Of a stretch of 64,000 bases of DNA, positions 28,231 through 41,602 are shown in pieces; the stretch's first letter is position 1; the number at the start of each line of letters is the position of its first letter. The DNA is from Eledone cirrhosa. Its lineage: Eukaryota. A program made the position numbers and the translations under genes. The notes under the pieces are model-generated. The model was not told the origin of the DNA. It was given only the letters and a program-made list of their open reading frames with translations, and searched no databases. Where the stretch lies: contig OZ024740.1 in NCBI GenBank assembly GCA_964016885.1, positions 185,194,001-185,258,000 of the forward strand, given 5' to 3'.

Positions 28231-31200
28231 AAAGATGTGTGGGAATTTGGGAGGTTGGTTTATGGGCGTCTGTGAGGGGGGAAGTGGTTGGTGTATGGAA
28301 GGGGGAATGGAGGTCAAGGTGGTACATACCAGATGTATGCTTCAGCCTTGCTCATGGGTGGTATATGGAAGGTGGAGATGAAGATGGTGCATAATATATG
28401 CATGCTTTACCATGTGCTCATAGGAAGGCAGATCTTCTGTGTATGCATTTATAACTGTAAATATAGAGGATGTTATGGGATTGTATTGTCCTATAACTCC
28501 TGGCGGAGTTGTAAATGTTTTGTGGTGGCATATGGTTTTTCTTGGGCATTTTAAGAGCCCATCTCTTTCCCTGTCTGAATACAGCAGATTTCTTCAAGTG
28601 AAGGATAGAAAGTGAGAAAGAGATGTAGAGGAAAAACTGACTGAAGTACATTTTTATTGACCCCAAAATTATGAAAGTCAAATTTGCTCTCAGCAGGATT
28701 TGAACTCCAAGAGCCAGAAAGAATACCACAAAGCATTCTCATTGATGTTTTAGTGGCTCTTCCAATTCACCCCTGAGAACAGAGTATATAGACATGTAAA
28801 TATGTAAATTTGTATATTTCCTTAGAAATTGAAAAAAAAAAAAAAAATAATGAACATTCTGAAATGATTTTTTTTACCCTAATTGGGATTCTTATCAGGA
28901 AATACATAATTGATAGCTTTATAATACTTTGCAAGACTTTTCATATGTTCTGTTTCTTATGATGGTGGTTAATTTTTAATATATAATAAATTCCACACTA
29001 AGCATCCAAAGAATACGTTATATGTTGTATGCAATATATGCATGCCCACACAGAAAAAGAATAGCAATATATATATATTGAAGTGACATGATCACAACTT
29101 ATTAAAAAAATCATAGCAAGGTTAAAGGATATTTATTATACATAAACATTTTGTATATGATTCAATATACAACCCTCGTTATGTTTCATGATATGCCAGG
29201 GCATTACTGCTGCATATATATGTATATATGTATGTATATATATATAAATACACATATACAGACTAAAAGTATAACAATATAGATAGATATACATTTGTAT
29301 ATATAATGTTCATGTATAACTACACACATACACATAATTGAAAAAAAGAAACAGCTACAACCATTGAAAGAAAAATTGAGAGACGTGCAGACATACAGAC
29401 ATAATAGCTAGTCAGTGATTTCATCATTATAAAGAGGTTGAAGTTTTATCAACAAAGCTAATTTATATATCTGATGGAATCAACTGAATAGTAAATGCCA
29501 GAATCCCTTAAAATTTACAATCTTCGCCAGATCAATAGCTGCTATAATGTGCATTTTGTTTATCAATTCAAGAGAGAAATTTTTGGGAAAACGAGAAAGA
29601 TTGTAGAGCAAAAGAGAGAGAGAAAGATATGACTGATTTGGATAATCATTCCACCATTTCACCATGAATCTTTTTGTAAACTAAACAAGAAAAACAATAA
29701 AAAAAAACAGGCTACAAATTAAATCTAATCATTGTAAGATACAAAAGTAAAAGATAAAGCTCAGAGATTTAATAACAAAGTTAGCTACAGCATATGATAA
29801 TAAGATAACTGCTTCTCCCTCACCATAATAATAATAATAGCAATAATAATTGTACCGATATCAGTGATTTCATAAAGAGGATAATGCAGCACATTTGATT
29901 ACTGGAATCCCAGACTGAATCTAGAAGAAAAAATCATTGGAATGATGGATCAATAACCATATTCCTTGCTGACTCATACTGATTTTTTAAACACTATAGT
30001 TCTCCTTCTAAATTATATTACAAGTCATTATTCTACTGTTCTTGGAGGAATGAATATACATGTGTGAAGTTCATATCCGTTCTTTAAAGAAATAAAGAAT
30101 TCATAATTAGAATTGAGGGAAAATATCATGAATGAATCTAACAAAGAAATAAAACTGGAACAGTCAACCCAGTTTGTGAAATGGCAATGAAATATTTCCA
30201 TGTTCTAGAATTGTTATAATAAGAATTGTTTTTTTTTAATCATTTTCTTTTCACTGTTTAATCAGAGAGAGAGAAGGGTAGAGTACAAGACCTTTTGCAG
30301 GGTTTTCATGACTGTTGGGTGGGCCAGAGAATGGTATCCTTAAACTGGAAGGCTGATGCAAAGTCTTGTAACAGACTTGACTCCTTTAAAGATTCCCAAT
30401 ACAGTTGATTGTGTTAAAATAAGTGACTGATAAAGTTTAACATCCAGGATCAAAATATTTAAAGGGAAATGATATAATAAATTCAGTCATTCATACATGT
30501 GTGTTAACATTTTTAGAAGGGTATGAATACAGAACATACTAATACAAAACTAAATGTTGCAATGCATTCAGCCAGACACATGCTATGTGACATTTGGTAG
30601 AAAGCCAAATAAATATTTAAAGCAAAGGATATAGTTGATTAAAGTAGGCCTAGTACTTGACTGATACCTTGTTCTATCAACATTGAAACGACAGGTAAAT
30701 ACTATTCTTTCTTTAATCACACCTTATATCATAGATGATTTGCAGGCTAGCATAACAACTATGATCCATGGAAAAAGTGAGAATTAGCTGCAAAACATAT
30801 TTCAGAAAATTCAGAATCATGTTGCAGTTTTTATACATAATCAAAATTAACAATCTCAAGTACAACCAATTTTAAAATGTAATAAATTCTATGTTATACA
30901 TTGCATAGATTATTTATATTCTATATTGAACTAGCATCATACAAGTTTAAAATTGCACAAATAATTTATAATGGTAGTTTTATTGTCTTTATATATCTAT
31001 GAGTATGTGGATGTGTGCATGTGAGTTTGAGTTAGTAGAGAAGTATGACTGTATACTGTTTAATCCATACAATATTTTCATAGAAGCATTTTACACTTCT
31101 TCAGCAGATGCAGTAATTACTATTTAAATGGAACTGAAAATATCACTTTGCATGTATTTCGCAGAATACATCAACAAAACTATATTATTACTTTTTCATA

Positions 31201-31519
31201 CACATGCATATAACTGTCACAGACACACACATATCCACTTTTAATGGTTTAGTCATTAGACTAAGAACTTCCTGGACAATTGCTTCCAGTGCTTTAGTAA
31301 TTCATGTTACCACCAGTCCTTATTTTTCTCTAGTACTTATTTTATTGAATTCTGTTTGCTGAGCCTCAAGGTAAAGGTCAATTTAAGACAGAAGCAAAAG
31401 ACATTTGTCCGTTTTGTACATTAGGCTGTGAGACAAAATCCTTAACCTTACAATTATGCATATGTGTATGTGTATATATATTATTACTATATATATATAT
31501 ATATATATATAACTATATA

Positions 31520-32410
31520 CAGGGTGCGGACGATATTTGTTCACAAGATTACTGTCTAGGAAAAAATAACACAGTAGATATATTTTTAAAGATATATTTA
31601 TCAAACTTGGGTCAGTTTGTCTTCATGACTTGTTCTTTCGATTTCACTCAATAAACCCGCCATTGGCTTTGATGACGGCCTCAAGGCGGCCTCGGAACTG
31701 GCTACAGGCCTTCGTCACTGTCCCCTGACTTAGACCCCTAAAGGCACTTGTGATACTGGCCTTCAGATCGTCTTTCCTATTGCAGCTAGATCTGTTGGTA
31801 TCTTGTTCCACTGAGGCCCACACAAAGAAGTCAAGGGGGTTGCAGTCAGGCGAGCTGGGAGGCGAGATGCCAGGTGAAGTGAGGTCAACGAAGTTCTCTG
31901 ACAGCCAGGCTTGGGTCTTTCGGCCAGTATGGCAGGGCGCTTAGTCTTGCTGCCACACGTACGGCCTACCTGCAGCTACCTGGTTGATCCAGGGTTTTAC
32001 TACCTTGCTCAGAACGTGGATGTAGCCATTGGTGTTCAGCTTGAGGCCCTCAGGGAAGAAGTGAGGTGGCATGCCGTCACCTTGACTGCTGACGACACGT
32101 AAGACGAATGTTGTCGCTGGAAACTTTGTCTGCATGACTCTTGGCACGTCTTTGAATGAGACACCATTCTCCTGCTGACACTGAGAAAATCTGAAATTTC
32201 CTTATTTGTCCTCCCGGCGAGGATTCCAAGAAGAACTCCGTGTCTCTTCCACAAATTTGGAGGTTCAAAATTATTCATAATCAATTATTCTGAAAATAAA
32301 TAATGGAAATATAATCACTGTTTTTATGAAGACAAGAGTGACAACGGAAGAAAACAAATTTGCATAAAATTAGCAGTTGAAAATTGCGAACAAATATCGT
32401 CCACACCCTG
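31520..32410 (-). mobile_element. Internally deleted Tc1/mariner transposon, DD37D (maT) type
   Basis: TIRs cagggtgcggacgatatttgttc / gaacaaatatcgtccacaccctg with TA flanks; transposase WQQD*APCH..SPDCNPLDFFVW has 37 codons between the second and third Asp, including one stop. Confidence 0.9.
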
Positions 32411-32677
32411 TATATATATATATATATTTTTTTTTTTATATTGTATTATATTATGTAAGCGTTTGAGCTTAATTCAATTGATGACTTCTGCCAGATCTTA
32501 GATACCCATGGATACTCATTCAATCAGACAGCCATGCTGTTCTATAATGAAAACAGGTTTTTCAAAGAAAACCATCATGGCAATATGGAGTAACAGCAGA
32601 GAGCATCAACCAAATTAATATAATTATACATTAAATATATATGTATTGAAACCTTTATGTCTTGTTCATTATAAGCA

Positions 32678-32713
<36 letters not shown>

Positions 32714-32760
32714 TAATAATAAATGTGAAGACTAAAATCTGAAGAGGGCTCGATAAGGAT

Positions 32761-32793
<33 letters not shown>

Positions 32794-33046
32794 TAGAATC
32801 TTTACAATTGTTTCTGTGTTCTGCTCCTCTGTATTTATTTAATCTGGAAATACTTTACACTTTAATAGTTTGCAAAATTTGTAAATGACAAAAATGTTTG
32901 TTTCAAACATTTATGAATGTAATTAATTTCATTTATAACAATCTTGGGAATATTTCATTGTATTGTGTTTTAGAAGATAAGGGTTGCATTCTGTGTTTTC
33001 AGATATGTTCAATAATCTATGAGAATCTTGTTGCTAGTCCTAATAA

Positions 33047-33228
33047 TTGTTTCTACTTTTGGCACAAGGCCAGCAATTCAGCAGTATATTACTGGTACTT
33101 TATTTTATCGACCCCGTAAGGATGAAAGGCAAAGTTAACCTTGGCGGGATTTGAACTCATACCATAAAGGGCCGTAACTCTTTGCTGCAAAGCATAGCGC
33201 CCGACCCTCTACCTATACTGCCAATCCA
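33047..33228 (-). mobile_element. SINE family A
   Basis: Close match to the 12786 and 35534 copies. Confidence 0.85.
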
Positions 33229-34234
33229 ATGATGTGAACGCAGGAACACTTCAATCAATTTATTATATTCTATTATGACCATATTGAATATTGTTGTAGA
33301 AGATTCCATACTACTGTTTCAGGCAATATTCTGTCTGAATGTTTGTAAGAGAAGCAGTTAAATAAAATGTTCACGTGTGTATGTGTATGTATGTGTGTAT
33401 ATACAAATATGTATTTAAATATACATGTGTGTGTATAATAAACAATATCTGAATGTGTGTTTGTGAATCTGTTGTCGGTTTGTGTGAGTGACTATGTTGG
33501 TAGGGAAGTATAACTGTATACTGTTAAATCCATATAACGTTTTCATAGAAACATTCTACCTTTCTTCAGCAGTTGTGGTAATGTTTGTCTATATGGAACT
33601 GAAATTATCTCTTTACCTGTATTTCACTGTATATTTAAAAATACATCAACAAAATCTATATTGTTACTTATTCATACACAAGATCTTGCATTGTATTATT
33701 CTGTACTATTTATCTGTAATTTGATAAATGTTATCCTATTTCATTGTTTCTATCTACCATTGTATGCATATTATTTACAGGGTACATTACAGTTATAAGC
33801 TAGGTAGTTAGCATTAGCATCAGGGTATATATTTAATTCTAACTTAACCTAAATTTATGAGCAGGATTGAAGGTATTCCACTTTACATTTATGTGATATG
33901 TAAATAAAAATGTTCATCTGCTGTTCTTAGGGGCCTAATTATAAGGCTTACAGGAATTGGTGAGTGTAGAAAAATAATTTCCCCAGGCTATCTCAAGTAA
34001 CATCTGGTACTGGATTCAGAAAGCTTGATTTAACCATAGTCACAATATATAGATTTGCGCCCACACAAAGAGAAGATATTAAAAACGACATTACATTGTT
34101 TTAGACATTTGTCAAATGTTATAAGTTAGTAGGTGTATACCTTATTCACACGGAAATCTCACTTCTATATTTACGTCATATGCACACATATGATAGATGA
34201 TATATACAATATCTTATGATAAATATGATAAATG

Positions 34235-34520
34235 CATGAAGGCACATAGCTTAATGGCTAGGATGCTTGACATATGATTGTAATCTTGTCAGTTTGATTA
34301 CTGGATAGGCTGCTGCATTGTATTCTTGAACAAGACACTTTATTTCATATTGCTTCAGTACATTCAGTTGAGATGTGTATTAGCATTAGCCAGGGAGTTA
34401 AACCTGTGATAGACCGGTGTCCTGTCCAGAGAGAAACTTGTTATCTCAATTGTTTAACCTCAAGGAAACCAGGGATATAAACCGGCCTGATGAGCCTGTG
34501 GCTTAGAACAGACTTTAACT
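34235..34520 (+). mobile_element. SINE family B
   Basis: Aligns with 22035-22310 along its length. Confidence 0.8.
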
Positions 34521-35533
34521 TAACAATGATAAATGGAACAATAATTGAAAATGAAAGATAGTATTAAAAAACAGAAATAATGAAAGAAATAAACGAAAGT
34601 AACAATACATTTGAAAGGCACAGATTGAAGCGAAGTCCTTAGTAACACAATAGTGTTTGCAGAATGCCAGTTAAATATGAAAGTAAGTAGGAAAATAGAG
34701 GTAATAATATGTAGAAGAGAAGAAAAGAATGTGATTGAGTAAGAAATGAAAGAAATATTTAAAGAAGAAAAACATCATGATGGTATATAATAAACTGCAA
34801 GGACATCCTGGCAGCTGAACAGGAAAGTTAATGAGCAGTTTTGGGAAATGATTAATAGATGAATGAAAGAAAAGATTACAAGATGTATGCGAAGAAGGAT
34901 GTGAATAAAACAAATTATAAGGTAAGGAACAAAGTTTGATGGAGGAATGGATGATTAATTGAAAATACATTTGGGAATATGCCCCTTGACAGACAAATAC
35001 ACAAACACTCCTGTATGCATTTTTGCTGAGAAAGATAGATATAGAGCTTGATAAATTTAGATGTTTGTAAAAATGACACTAAATGAAGCTACATCTTATT
35101 GGATTAGTATTGAATTACTAAGACTAAGATGGTTTTCAGAAACTGTGATATCAGATAAAAGTAAGTTAGTGTTATGAGCTAAATATTTAATGCTAAATAT
35201 AAACTAACTGAATGGAAAAAATAGCTGAGTTATGGATAAAATGGCTTACTTAGTTTTGGCCCTCTAAGTTTTGAGTTCAAATGAGAAGGTGTTCTTAAAA
35301 TATTAGTAGCAAGCATATATTGAGGTTTCTGCAATCGATAATCTTTTTCTTTTACAGGGAATAGTTGTTTCATTGCTTCAGGCCAGTCCTAATGTAGAAG
35401 ACCTAAGATCAGAAGCATGTAATCATGACCATCTCATTTGTCTCCTATTTGCCGAGAACTCAGAGTCACATTATCCAATATTTCATTTGTAAGATATTTG
35501 TTGGTTGCTATTTCTAGTAACTGGAGTAATAAT

Positions 35534-35716
35534 TGTTTCTACTTTTGGCACAAGGCCAGCAATTACCCAGTGCATTACTGGTACTTTATTTTATCGACCC
35601 CGTAAGGATGAAAGGCAAAGTCAACCTCGGCGGGATTTGAACTCAGATCGTTAAGGGACGTAACTATGCTGGAAAGCATGGCGTCCGACCCTCTACCGAT
35701 ACTGCCAATCCACCGC
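35534..35716 (-). mobile_element. Full-length young SINE family A with 13-bp TSD
   Basis: CTGGAGTAATAAT duplicated at 35521-35533 and 35717-35729; intact A and B boxes. Confidence 0.92.
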
Positions 35717-36433
35717 CTGGAGTAATAATGTAGGGGCTCCCTATTGGTACACGCTCTCTTGTTGGCTAATTATCAGAGGTGTCTCTTTGCATTTACTGCT
35801 GCTGTGCAATCTTATTCTGTTATCTTCAAGAGAACTAATAATGTGAACATGTTGGAATAGTCAATTAGCATTCTTGTATAAGAACATGTTGCTTTATCTT
35901 ATGCATTATATCATGAGGAATTCTGTATAGCAGTCAAGTAGGCTATAAAGAGTGTTGTATAAAATTATAATATTTTGTTAGAAATAAAACCTCAATATAG
36001 AAAATGTTATATGATATATTTGCTATGAATATATGTTTCTTTCTTTTTAAAATGCTCATTCCATTAAAGCTGATAAATGTTCCTATCTAGGCTATATTAT
36101 TCTTGCTTTTCCATTAACATGAGTTATTCTAATTGAAATACTACTTGATGAGAGCAAATGTTGCTTAGCAAATCTGACCAATCAAAGCTAACCCATAGAA
36201 ATAGATGCTGAAATAATAAAATATAGAATATAGAAGAACAGTTTAATAACGTCATCTGTAATTCTTATGGTAAATTTTTGTATGAAAGATAACCATGAGT
36301 AATCTCTTCCTATGTGGTCAATTAGTGAGCTTTGAACAAATGCATTTAGGTAATTATTCCAGTTATTTCCATTCTGATTTGAAATCTCTCTGAGACCAAA
36401 TTTGGTTTTCAACCCTCAGATGTCAATATTTAT

Positions 36434-37033
36434 TGTACCCATATATTTTTCTCCCTCACTGTCTTAGACCTGTTTAGACGGAAGTATGAAAGGATTGTGG
36501 GAGGCCACACAGTGTTCCTTACTTGAAATAAAAGGAAGAATGCTGGTTGAGGGGCTAGCAACATTTCATCTAGATTATAACAAAAGACTGTTGTAAGAAA
36601 CCAGAGAACTTGATGGACAGAGACAGTCCAGTATCTTGTATAACATAGAAAGGCTTTAAAACATGAAATATCTTCCAATTGATCAGATATATATTGTTGG
36701 TGCTTATGTTGAATGGTACCAGACCAATCAATGGTCTTCCAAGGCATCTCCTTCACCAACCTCTGTGGAAATGCCTTCTTTATTCTGTCTGCTGGAGTCA
36801 GGGGCGGCCAGTGCATGAACCCCCATTTGCTCACAATAATGAGAGAGTGAGAGGGAGAGTGAGAGAACCGGAGGCTGTGACAGTGAGAGAGACAGGCTGT
36901 GACAGTGAGAGTTTGGTTCTTTTGTGTTCAGACCTGGTGTATATATGCTCGTCCTTGTACTGCAAAATAAGGAAATGTAAACCTTGTTTAAACTTCGTTT
37001 CTTCATATATATATGCTCTGTGAAATTATAACA
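36434..37033 (+). mobile_element. Possible solo LTR
   Basis: TGT...ACA ends, imperfect 4-bp flanks (ttat/ctat), GC-richer interior with tandem ggctgtgacagtgagag; no coding support. Confidence 0.35.
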
Positions 37034-37244
37034 CTATTGTATTGTGGAGTATAAAATTAATATTAATCTGGCACTCTGACGGTAAATCTAAATAAATAAA
37101 TACTTAATGCACTCTAGCTTTAAAATGTTTTATAGTCCCTCCAGCACACTAGATGAATGGTGCATAAAATAATTCCCACATGAAGCATAAACTTGTTGAT
37201 TAAAATGACTATAAATTTGATAACACCACAGATCCATTATTACA

Positions 37245-37358
37245 CTGAGTTCAAATCCCGCCCAGGTTAACTTTGCCTTTTATCCTTACAGGGTCGATAA
37301 CATAAAGTACCAGTAATGTACTGGGATAATTGTTGGCCTTGTACCAAAAGTAGAAACA
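37245..37358 (+). mobile_element. SINE family A, 5'-truncated, ATTATTAC TSD
   Basis: attattac before ctgagttcaaatcc and after gtagaaaca. Confidence 0.85.
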
Positions 37359-39044
37359 ATTATTACGAATGTTTAAGTCTGTCAACATATTTGTACAAAT
37401 CAGACTTGTTTATTTATAAATAGGTAAGAATGAGTTATTTACTGTACATCAACTATGCCCAATTGTACTTTAGAATTCTGTTGAGTGTCAATTCTTAGAT
37501 CTTAATAGACTTTTACATAATATCTTAGAATTTACTGATGAAAGTATGATCCAGTTTCATAGATAAGTCCCAGGTTTAAACTGTATAGTTTATAAAATAT
37601 ACCCCAAATGCTGAAAACAAAATAAATGTTATTCTCAACGTTGATATAAATTCTAATATTTCACTAGACACAATCTAATGCATGTATTGTTTATTATTTT
37701 TATAACAAGTAATATTAGCTATAATTTTAATTATAATGCTCCAATACAAGTTGATCAAAATAATTTTATAATGACTTATTTTTTACACGAATCTAATTTA
37801 CATATTGGCAGAAATTTTCTCACTTTGATCGGTTGTAATCTTCTAAAATTAAAAATTAATATGACAATATTATGTTATGTTGTGCAACTGTGTACTCAAA
37901 GTAATTAATTATGATCATGAGATCAATATTGTCTGCAGAAAACCTTTGTAATCAGCCCATCAGAGCATTGCTTTTATTTTATTGTTGTTTGGGGAATATC
38001 TGAAGTTCTCTAAAGCATTTCTTGATTAATATGTAAGATAGCTTCCATAAGACCAGGTCTCATTAAATTCTCATAACTTACTGAAGTACAATTATGATTC
38101 ATAGCTTCTGAAAAGTTTATTGTGACCAACTTACATGACTAAGAGAAGCTAGAAGATCTATTAGCCAAAACTGACAATACATGTGACAGAAACTTAAAGT
38201 ATCACTTCCTCTACACACAGAAAATGGTAGAAGTTTGAAGAAGTTAAATCAATGGATATGTTGAGCTCATTAAAGGATAGTCCTCCCATAAGGATAATTT
38301 GCTTAATTGGTCAAATTAATTTCATGCTAGAGTTGTTTAGCTCTGAAAGAAGTTAGAGCAACATCTTTTATAATTAGAATACTGATTTCATTTGAAGTTG
38401 TTGGCTTTCATTTAGTACTTGTCCATTCCTGTAGTCTTAGTGTTAAGGGACTAATTAATCAGTTGCAACTTTAATCTTGCTCTACCACTGTTTCTATTAC
38501 TTAAATGTTAATTGCTACCATGAATACTTAGAAACAAAAGAAAGAATTAGCAGTGCTTTATCTAGTATAGATGCATTTGTTGAAGGAATATTGTATTATT
38601 TATGGGGAATCCTCCTATTACTGATGACAACAGTAATTTAAAGTAACAAAGTGACTTAAGTAATGTTGGATATTTGTTTAATAGTAACATGACTAACAAT
38701 TTGCAAATGTGACTTCATATATAAATATTACGATATGTTGTGACAATATTATCTAGATTAAAATGAGAGCTAATATGTATAAGACAAAGGGAATATGATT
38801 AATGGAATACATGTTAAATACTAATGATATAATGAGCAACATTAAAATCAGGTATTGACATGTTTGTAATTTAGAATCAGAATCTGCTAAATGTACATAT
38901 ATAAAATGTATCAACAAACAAGAATACACTTTAAAACAGTGTAAAAAGTGTTTATTTAATATACTTAATTTCAAGTAGGTAGAAACATATCAGTTTAAGT
39001 AAGCTAGAGAAAGTTGTTTTTTCAGTTATTAAATAACCTAGAGT

Positions 39045-39200
39045 GAAGGCACATAGCTCAGTGATTACAGTGTTTGACTAATAGTTGTAAGGTTATGGCA
39101 TAGGTCTCTGGTGGCATGTTATCTCCTTGAGCAAGACACTTTATTTTACATTGCTCCAGTCTACTCAGCTGGCAAAATGGAGTTGTAACAGAAGTTCCAA
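39045..39200 (+). mobile_element. SINE family B-like, decayed
   Basis: ggcacatagctcagtg..ccttgagcaagacactttattttacattgctccagt. Confidence 0.65.
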
Positions 39201-39656
39201 GAGCTTGCCTTCACACATAAAGTGATTGCTGAATCTCCCTGAGACCTACATTAAAGGTACATGTGTATGAGTAATGTGTTTCTCTTACATGTTAATTTCA
39301 TGAAGAGGCAGCCCTATTCATAAAAAAACATGGACCCTCTGATGTAGGTACAACTATTATACCACCTAGAAATATAGATAATAAATGGTTATATGTTGAT
39401 TTTATTTTATTTAGCCCAAGGGAAAACCTGATTGAAATTTTTTAATCTAATGCATTCCTATCAATATCATCACATCTTATTGTATATCTTGGACTACATT
39501 TACAATGTATCACATCCTTTCTTTTTAATGATTCTGTGAAAACTATTGGTTCTGAATATGATCTTGATTCTCCTTACAGACACATGCACATGCACTCACA
39601 CACATATACATACATATGTGTATGTCTATATATATATATATATATATATATTTATT

Positions 39657-39711
39657 AGAGTTTCAGAAGATCCCGTTAAGGGTGAAAGCATCGATTCTTT
39701 GCTTAAACTTT
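39657..39711 (+). ncRNA. Degenerate hammerhead motif
   Basis: AGAGTTT-CAGAAGA-T-CCC GTTAA GGG-T-GAAA-GCA..TGC-TT-AAACTTT; 7-bp stem I; the core mutation differs from the 15710 copy, so the consensus is CTGAAGA. Confidence 0.6.
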
Positions 39712-39903
39712 AATCTGTTATTTTAATAAATATTTGCTCTACGGTTCTTATATATTTTGTTATACTTTGGGAGGCTCATGTTGCCAATAAGAAACACACG
39801 CACCAGTTGCTTTCACTTCAATTTATTATAATAAATTTATAAATTTAGGAATTTATAAATTTCCAGTCGGTTGGTTCCACAACCAGATGATTGTTTATAT
39901 ATT

Positions 39904-39946
39904 GTCAAAGTTCTTTCGTCACACATTCTATGACCTCTTCAGTGAC
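39904..39946 (-). ncRNA. Minimal hammerhead motif, left arm
   Basis: Reverse-complement copy of 40049-40091. Confidence 0.6.
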
Positions 39947-40048
39947 TGGGGATTCTTTTCTTTGTTTTTGTTTGTGTGTTGACACAACACACACACAGGC
40001 GTAGGACAGAACAAAGGAGAGGCACAAAAACAAAGAAAAGCATCCCCA

Positions 40049-40091
40049 GTCACTGAAGAGGTCACAGAATGTGTGACGAAAGAACTTTGAC
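40049..40091 (+). ncRNA. Minimal hammerhead motif, right arm
   Basis: GTCA-CTGAAGA-G-GTCACA GAATG TGTGAC-GAAAG-AA-CTT-TGAC; 2-bp stem III, CUU triplet, one extra G before stem II. Confidence 0.6.
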
Positions 40092-41362
40092 AATATATAA
40101 ACAATCATCTGGTTGTGGAACCAACCAACTGACCGAAAATTTATAAATTCCTAAATTTATAAATTTATTATAATAAATTGAAGTGAAAGCACTGGTGCGT
40201 GTGTTTCTTATTGGCAACATGACCCTCCCAAAGTATAACAATATCGGTTTCAACACACGTTTTCAGATAAAGAATCTTGCTAAACAAATTCAGAAACGAA
40301 AAATCTTATATATTTGATATATATTTATCCTTATCGAGCCCTCTTTTGATTTTAGTCTTCAAATTTATTATTATATATATATATATACACATACATACAT
40401 ATCTCATATTGATGATGATGATATAAATTATTCTATAAATTTCACCAGAGTTCTCTATTCTAATAAAGCACAGTGTATCTACAAGTAATCCGCACTGATG
40501 AAATGAATGGATATTTACAGAAAACCAAGTTGAACAAAATGTTTTTGTTTGCCATCACACTTTTACTGAATATTATTATCAACAACAACATGCAAGACAA
40601 AATGTTGTATAAAGCATATATGTGTGTGCGTGTGTATTTCTTGTAGAGTGATTGTGCTAATACATTACTCACATTTTGTGTTCCTGAAATAATATGAGCA
40701 AAATTAAGTAATACATCTCTAGGATTATAATAAATTATTTTTTCTTTCCTCTTGCTGCACATTTTGAAAATTGAATATCATAAGATCAGAATGGTAATGT
40801 ATAAATGTATTCGTACATCATTTCATACTAAATATTAATGTATTAATGCAAGGAAACCTCATATACTATGACAACAGGCATCCTTATAAGAACATAAAAT
40901 AAAATGGCTTATAAATATTGATTACTTCATATTTTAAGGCAGCAGAAGAAAGAAGTAAATATGATTATTGATGTTCATGCCTTTCTCAGGGATATTAGTA
41001 GTACTGAAGTAAAACTATTTTCAACAATGAAACCAAATATATCATGTTATAGAAAGGCCTGCTGTGAGGTTATTTATTTTCTCTGCCAAACTTATGAAAA
41101 TGTATATAAGTGAAGACAAATTGCAGACTTATCAGATATTTTCGTTTTCCATCAACATTTCTTCTGCCTTATGCTACAGGGAGAATTCTAAATTAGTTGG
41201 ATTCCACAGATAAATGAATAAAATCATTTCAACAATAAGATCAGCTTTTCATCAATAATTTATGGTTTCTAAGTATTACTAAACATAATGAATTCTTTCT
41301 GAGTCCTTTAATATAATACTGAAAATGTTCACAACAATCGGTCCAATAGTATAAATACTATA

Positions 41363-41602
41363 AAGCACCCAGCCCACACTGTAAAGTGGACGTGTAGGCG
41401 CCACGAAAAAGCACCCAGCACTCACTGTAAATGAGGTTGGTGTTAGGAAGGGCATCCAGCTGTAGAAATCAAGCCAGATCAGTTCCTGTATGAGCAAGGC
41501 ATGGTCAGCCGACCAGACACTGCCCACAACAGGACAACCCGTCTAACCCATGCTAGCGTGGAAGAACGGACGTAAAACGGTGATGATGATGATGATGATG
41601 AT
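41363..41602 (+). mobile_element. RTE LINE 3' end with (GAT)n tail
   Basis: Near-identical reverse complement of 43754-43990. Confidence 0.9.

Larger units (their letters stand above)
39758..40303 (+). mobile_element. Inverted-repeat HHR element (about 215-bp arms plus 3' extension) with 12-bp TSD
   Basis: 39757-39972 is the reverse complement of 40023-40241; TCTTATATATTT at 39746-39757 and 40304-40315. Confidence 0.85.

Noticed and set aside
32730-32762. CTGAAGAGGGCTCGATA as an opposite-polarity ribozyme
   Set aside because: GATA instead of GAAA and no stem III; interpreted as the complement of the anti-ribozyme strand, not an ambisense HHR
34480-34515. CTGATGAGCC..GGC at SINE family B 3' ends (also 22280 and 5990) resembling an HHR core
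   Set aside because: No GAAA, stem III or stem I in any copy; better explained as the SINE 3' stem-loop
35630-35716. tRNA-like A/B boxes
   Set aside because: SINE head without a complete cloverleaf; not a tRNA gene
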